The notes under the pieces were generated by a model. The model saw only the letters and a program-made list of their open reading frames with translations, had not been told where the DNA came from and made no database searches. Shown in pieces: positions 7,001 to 12,858 of a DNA stretch of 12,858 nucleotides. Each line of letters starts with the position of its first letter. The stretch's first letter is position 1. The translations under genes were made by a program, and so were the position numbers. The DNA is from Candidatus Eiseniibacteriota bacterium (GTDB taxonomy: Bacteria > Joyebacterota > Joyebacteria > Joyebacterales > Joyebacteraceae), in contig JBDRFG010000014.1 of NCBI GenBank assembly GCA_043819135.1, positions 1 through 12,858 of the forward strand. The letters are read 5' to 3'.

Positions 7001-7975
7001 TCGCTGCGAGATTCCAAGACGAGCGAACTCGTCATCCGTGCCGGACGCAAGGTCAACGAAGAGGTGATGGGCCTTCTCAAGCTCGATCGTCTCGACTGGG
7101 AAGACGGCGTCGTCGTCGACGAGAAGATCAATGCGAAGGTCAGAGCTCTATACAACGAGTACCGCGACCGGCTTGAGTTGATCGAGCCCCAGCGCGACAG
7201 GAACATCGAGAGGGTCAAGCTCGGTGAGGACCTGCCGCGCGGCGTCGTCAAGCTCGCCAAGGTGTACGTCGCAACCAAGCGCAAGCTTCAGGTGGGCGAC
7301 AAGGTGGCGGGACGGCATGGCAACAAGGGAGTCGTGGCGAAGATCATGGCGGAAGAGGACATGCCGTGTCTCCCCGACGGGACGCCCGTAGACATCGTGC
7401 TGAATCCGCTGGGCGTGCCATCACGTATGAACCTGGGACAGATTCTGGAGACACATCTGGGCTGGGCCGCGCACGAGCTTGGTTACCTGGCCGCGACACC
7501 TGTGTTCAACGGCGCGTCCATCGAAGGCATCAAGGCCGAACTTAAGAGAGCCGGACTGCCGCAGTCGGGCAAGACGATCCTCTACGACGGCCGCACCGGA
7601 GAGCCGTTCCATCACCCTGTGACCGTGGGCTACATCTACACGATGAAGCTCCTGCATCTGGTGGACGACAAGATCCACGCGCGTTCCATCGGCCCCTACT
7701 CGCTCGTGACGCAGCAGCCGCTTGGCGGCAAGGCCCAGTTCGGCGGGCAGCGTTTCGGGGAGATGGAGGTCTGGGCGCTCGAGGCCTACGGAGCATCGCA
7801 CACGCTGCAGGAGCTACTGACGGTAAAGTCTGACGACGTGATCGGCAGATCCAAAACGTACGAAGCGATTGTCAAAGGGCAGGATCCACCACAACCGGGT
7901 ACGCCTGCTTCGTTCGACGTTCTCATCCGGGAGCTTCAGAGTCTCGGGCTGGACGTCACGCTGGTTAAGGAATAG
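4010..7975 (+). CDS. rpoB: DNA-directed RNA polymerase subunit beta, about 1321 aa
   Basis: [51 protein letters not shown] and [17 protein letters not shown] motifs. Start is ATG4010 or in-frame TTG4007, after GGAGGGTGAG (3991-4000). The ORF-track start at 3824 runs through the spacer. Confidence 0.98.
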   Translation: MGPRVIERKVFSKFPVEQELTMPNLLDVQLASFKACLGTGRSDDGEASGLDEIFRKFFPVEGHQGTYTLEYKGFRLGQPKHTLQECRERNLTFEAPLKATLRLVRWEPRDKGARKFLEAEESEIYLGDIPLITERGTFIVNGAERVIVSQLHRSPGVFFQDKIHPNGTRLYFAKIIPYRGTWVEVRMGIKDEMFIRTDRRHQFRMSTFLRALGYSRDEDIRSLFYEKETVELPSSRPTRALAPCGRLFAARVVDEETGEVVGEPGDVIEPKHIKTLRDMGATTVDVRVTEKARILARKDEERDEELVGRIVSQTYKHPDTKEIVVKNDEKLTLTVIQLLRKAGIREIELVKIDPVDIKVIDATLLREKTHSEEEALQEIYKTMKGGNLPSIEAGRELVDKMFFDPNRYDLKNVGRYKINEQLGISNEDVPLDTICLTHRDFIETIRAVLEVVKGKRETDDIDHLGNRRVRSVGELLENQLSAGLSRMVRVIKDRMSTGDAEELDLATLVNSRPISAVVRAFFGSNQLSQFMEQTNPLAELTHKRRLSALGPGGLTRERAGFEVRDVHFSHYGRMCPIETPEGPNIGLISSLSTYGRINDYGFIETPYYRLKKGVVTSEIEFLTASEEDNCIIAQAGEPLDSGRKIQEESLLARHRDDFPTVPREDIQYMDVSPKQLVSAAAALIPFLEHDDANRALMGSNMQRQAVPLVKTESPLVGTGLEHRVAVDSGAVTTAKHAGVVESVDADHIAIRHSDTLDGSEAVDEYPLRKFQRTNQNTCINQRPMARVGQHVEVGGIIADGPSTKDGELALGANLLVAFMPWEGYNFEDAILVSERILKHDRLTSIHIEEFESQVRETKRGMEEFTPEIPNVSEERLKNLDEEGLVRVGARVSASDILIGKVTPKGETELTPEENLLRAIFGDRAGDVRDTSLKAPPGMNGIVIDTILFSRRARDERGKKVVQKDIDKIRSESRTATKRLEREREKRIFGLIEGLRTKSLRDSKTSELVIRAGRKVNEEVMGLLKLDRLDWEDGVVVDEKINAKVRALYNEYRDRLELIEPQRDRNIERVKLGEDLPRGVVKLAKVYVATKRKLQVGDKVAGRHGNKGVVAKIMAEEDMPCLPDGTPVDIVLNPLGVPSRMNLGQILETHLGWAAHELGYLAATPVFNGASIEGIKAELKRAGLPQSGKTILYDGRTGEPFHHPVTVGYIYTMKLLHLVDDKIHARSIGPYSLVTQQPLGGKAQFGGQRFGEMEVWALEAYGASHTLQELLTVKSDDVIGRSKTYEAIVKGQDPPQPGTPASFDVLIRELQSLGLDVTLVKE

Positions 7976-7997
7976 GTCCTGTCTAGGAGGTAGGTCG

Positions 7998-12146
<4,149 letters not shown>

Positions 12147-12207
12147 GAGCCGGGGTAGGCCCCGTTCGAGCGAGCGAAGGGCCCGACAACAAGTCGAGGA
12201 GGATGGA

Positions 12208-12579
12208 TTGCCGACAATCAACCAGTTGATCAAGCACGGACGCAAGCCGAAGACCAAGAAGAAGCCCGCGAGGGCTCTCCAGGGTCACCCGCAGAGGCGA
12301 GGCATCTGTACCAGGGTGTACACCACGACTCCGAAGAAGCCGAACTCGGCGCTCCGGAAGGTCGCCAGGGTACGCCTGATGAAGGGTGATTCCGTCACCG
12401 CCTACATCCCGGGTGAGGGGCACAACCTGCAGGAGCACTCGGTCGTGCTCATCAGGGGTGGCAGGGTGAAGGATCTTCCGGGTGTGCGATACCACGTCAT
12501 CCGCGGTCCGCTGGACGCGTCCGGGGTCGACGGGCGGAAGCAGGCACGGTCGAAGTACGGGACGAAGAGACCGAAGTAG
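12208..12579 (+). CDS. rpsL: 30S ribosomal protein S12, 123 aa
   Basis: TTG start after GAGGAGG (12196-12202). [20 protein letters not shown] and [12 protein letters not shown] motifs. Streptomycin-site K42 and K87 equivalents are intact. Confidence 0.98.
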   Translation: MPTINQLIKHGRKPKTKKKPARALQGHPQRRGICTRVYTTTPKKPNSALRKVARVRLMKGDSVTAYIPGEGHNLQEHSVVLIRGGRVKDLPGVRYHVIRGPLDASGVDGRKQARSKYGTKRPK

Positions 12580-12580
12580 C

Positions 12581-12643
12581 GGTTCGCTGTGTCGGGTCGA
12601 GCCTGCGCGCCCATCCGTGGGCGTCCCATGGGGGATCCGAACC
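12581..12643 (+). promoter_or_regulatory. Multibranch RNA structure in the rpsL-rpsG spacer (possible S7 regulatory site)
   Basis: GGTTCG(12581-12586)/CGAACC(12638-12643) encloses three hairpins and ends just before the AGGAGG SD (12646-12651). Confidence 0.4.
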
Positions 12644-12660
12644 TTAGGAGGAAGTGAAAG

Positions 12661-12858
12661 ATGCCGAGAAGGCGTGAGGTTCCGAAGAGGAAGCGAGAGC
12701 CAGATCCCAAGTTCGGGAGCCAGCTCGTAACGCGCTTCATCAACAACCTGATGACGGGCGGCAAGAAGAGCACCGCCGAGAAGATCTTCTACAGCGCGAT
12801 GGACATCGTCGCCGAGAAGACCAAGGAAGATCCGCTCGACGTGTTCGAGAAGGCCGTG
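12661..12858 (+). CDS. rpsG: 30S ribosomal protein S7, 5' part (partial, runs off the right edge)
   Basis: [47 protein letters not shown]... matches the S7 N-terminus (MPR...PDP...GKKSTA). AGGAGG SD upstream. Not in the ORF track. Confidence 0.97.
   Translation, partial: MPRRREVPKRKREPDPKFGSQLVTRFINNLMTGGKKSTAEKIFYSAMDIVAEKTKEDPLDVFEKAV

Noticed and set aside
12158..12183. Hairpin after rpoC as an intrinsic terminator
   Set aside because: GGCCC/GGGCC with an inner stem is present but there is no U-tract. I found no convincing intrinsic terminator anywhere in the window.
12203..12229. Out-of-frame ATG minigene overlapping the rpsL start
   Set aside because: ATG12203 directly abuts the SD, so its spacing is too short. 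TTG12208 has workable spacing and gives the conserved MPTINQL.

Overview
This window is the conserved bacterial translation/transcription supercluster, entirely on the + strand: tuf (3' end), rpmG, tRNA-Trp(CCA), secE, nusG, rplK, rplA, rplJ, rplL, rpoB, rpoC, rpsL, rpsG (5' part). The DNA is GC-rich, and RNA polymerase indels point to an FCB-superphylum-related organism (inference). I see no mobile element, CRISPR array or accessory gene, and no convincing new protein-coding system. The long antisense ORFs are shadows of the real genes. The most unusual signals are non-coding and centre on rplL. There is no room for an L10 leader before rplJ, but there is a 197-nt rplJ-rplL spacer with a TTGGTA-N17-TAGAAT promoter-like motif. 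Two similar three-way-junction RNA folds bracket rplL, which itself has an N-terminal extension. Other points are TAG in 9 of 11 stop codons, a D516E substitution in the RpoB rifampicin pocket, and candidate L1- and S7-type autoregulatory RNAs. All RNA structures were paired by eye and reference sequences were recalled from memory, so both need computational confirmation.
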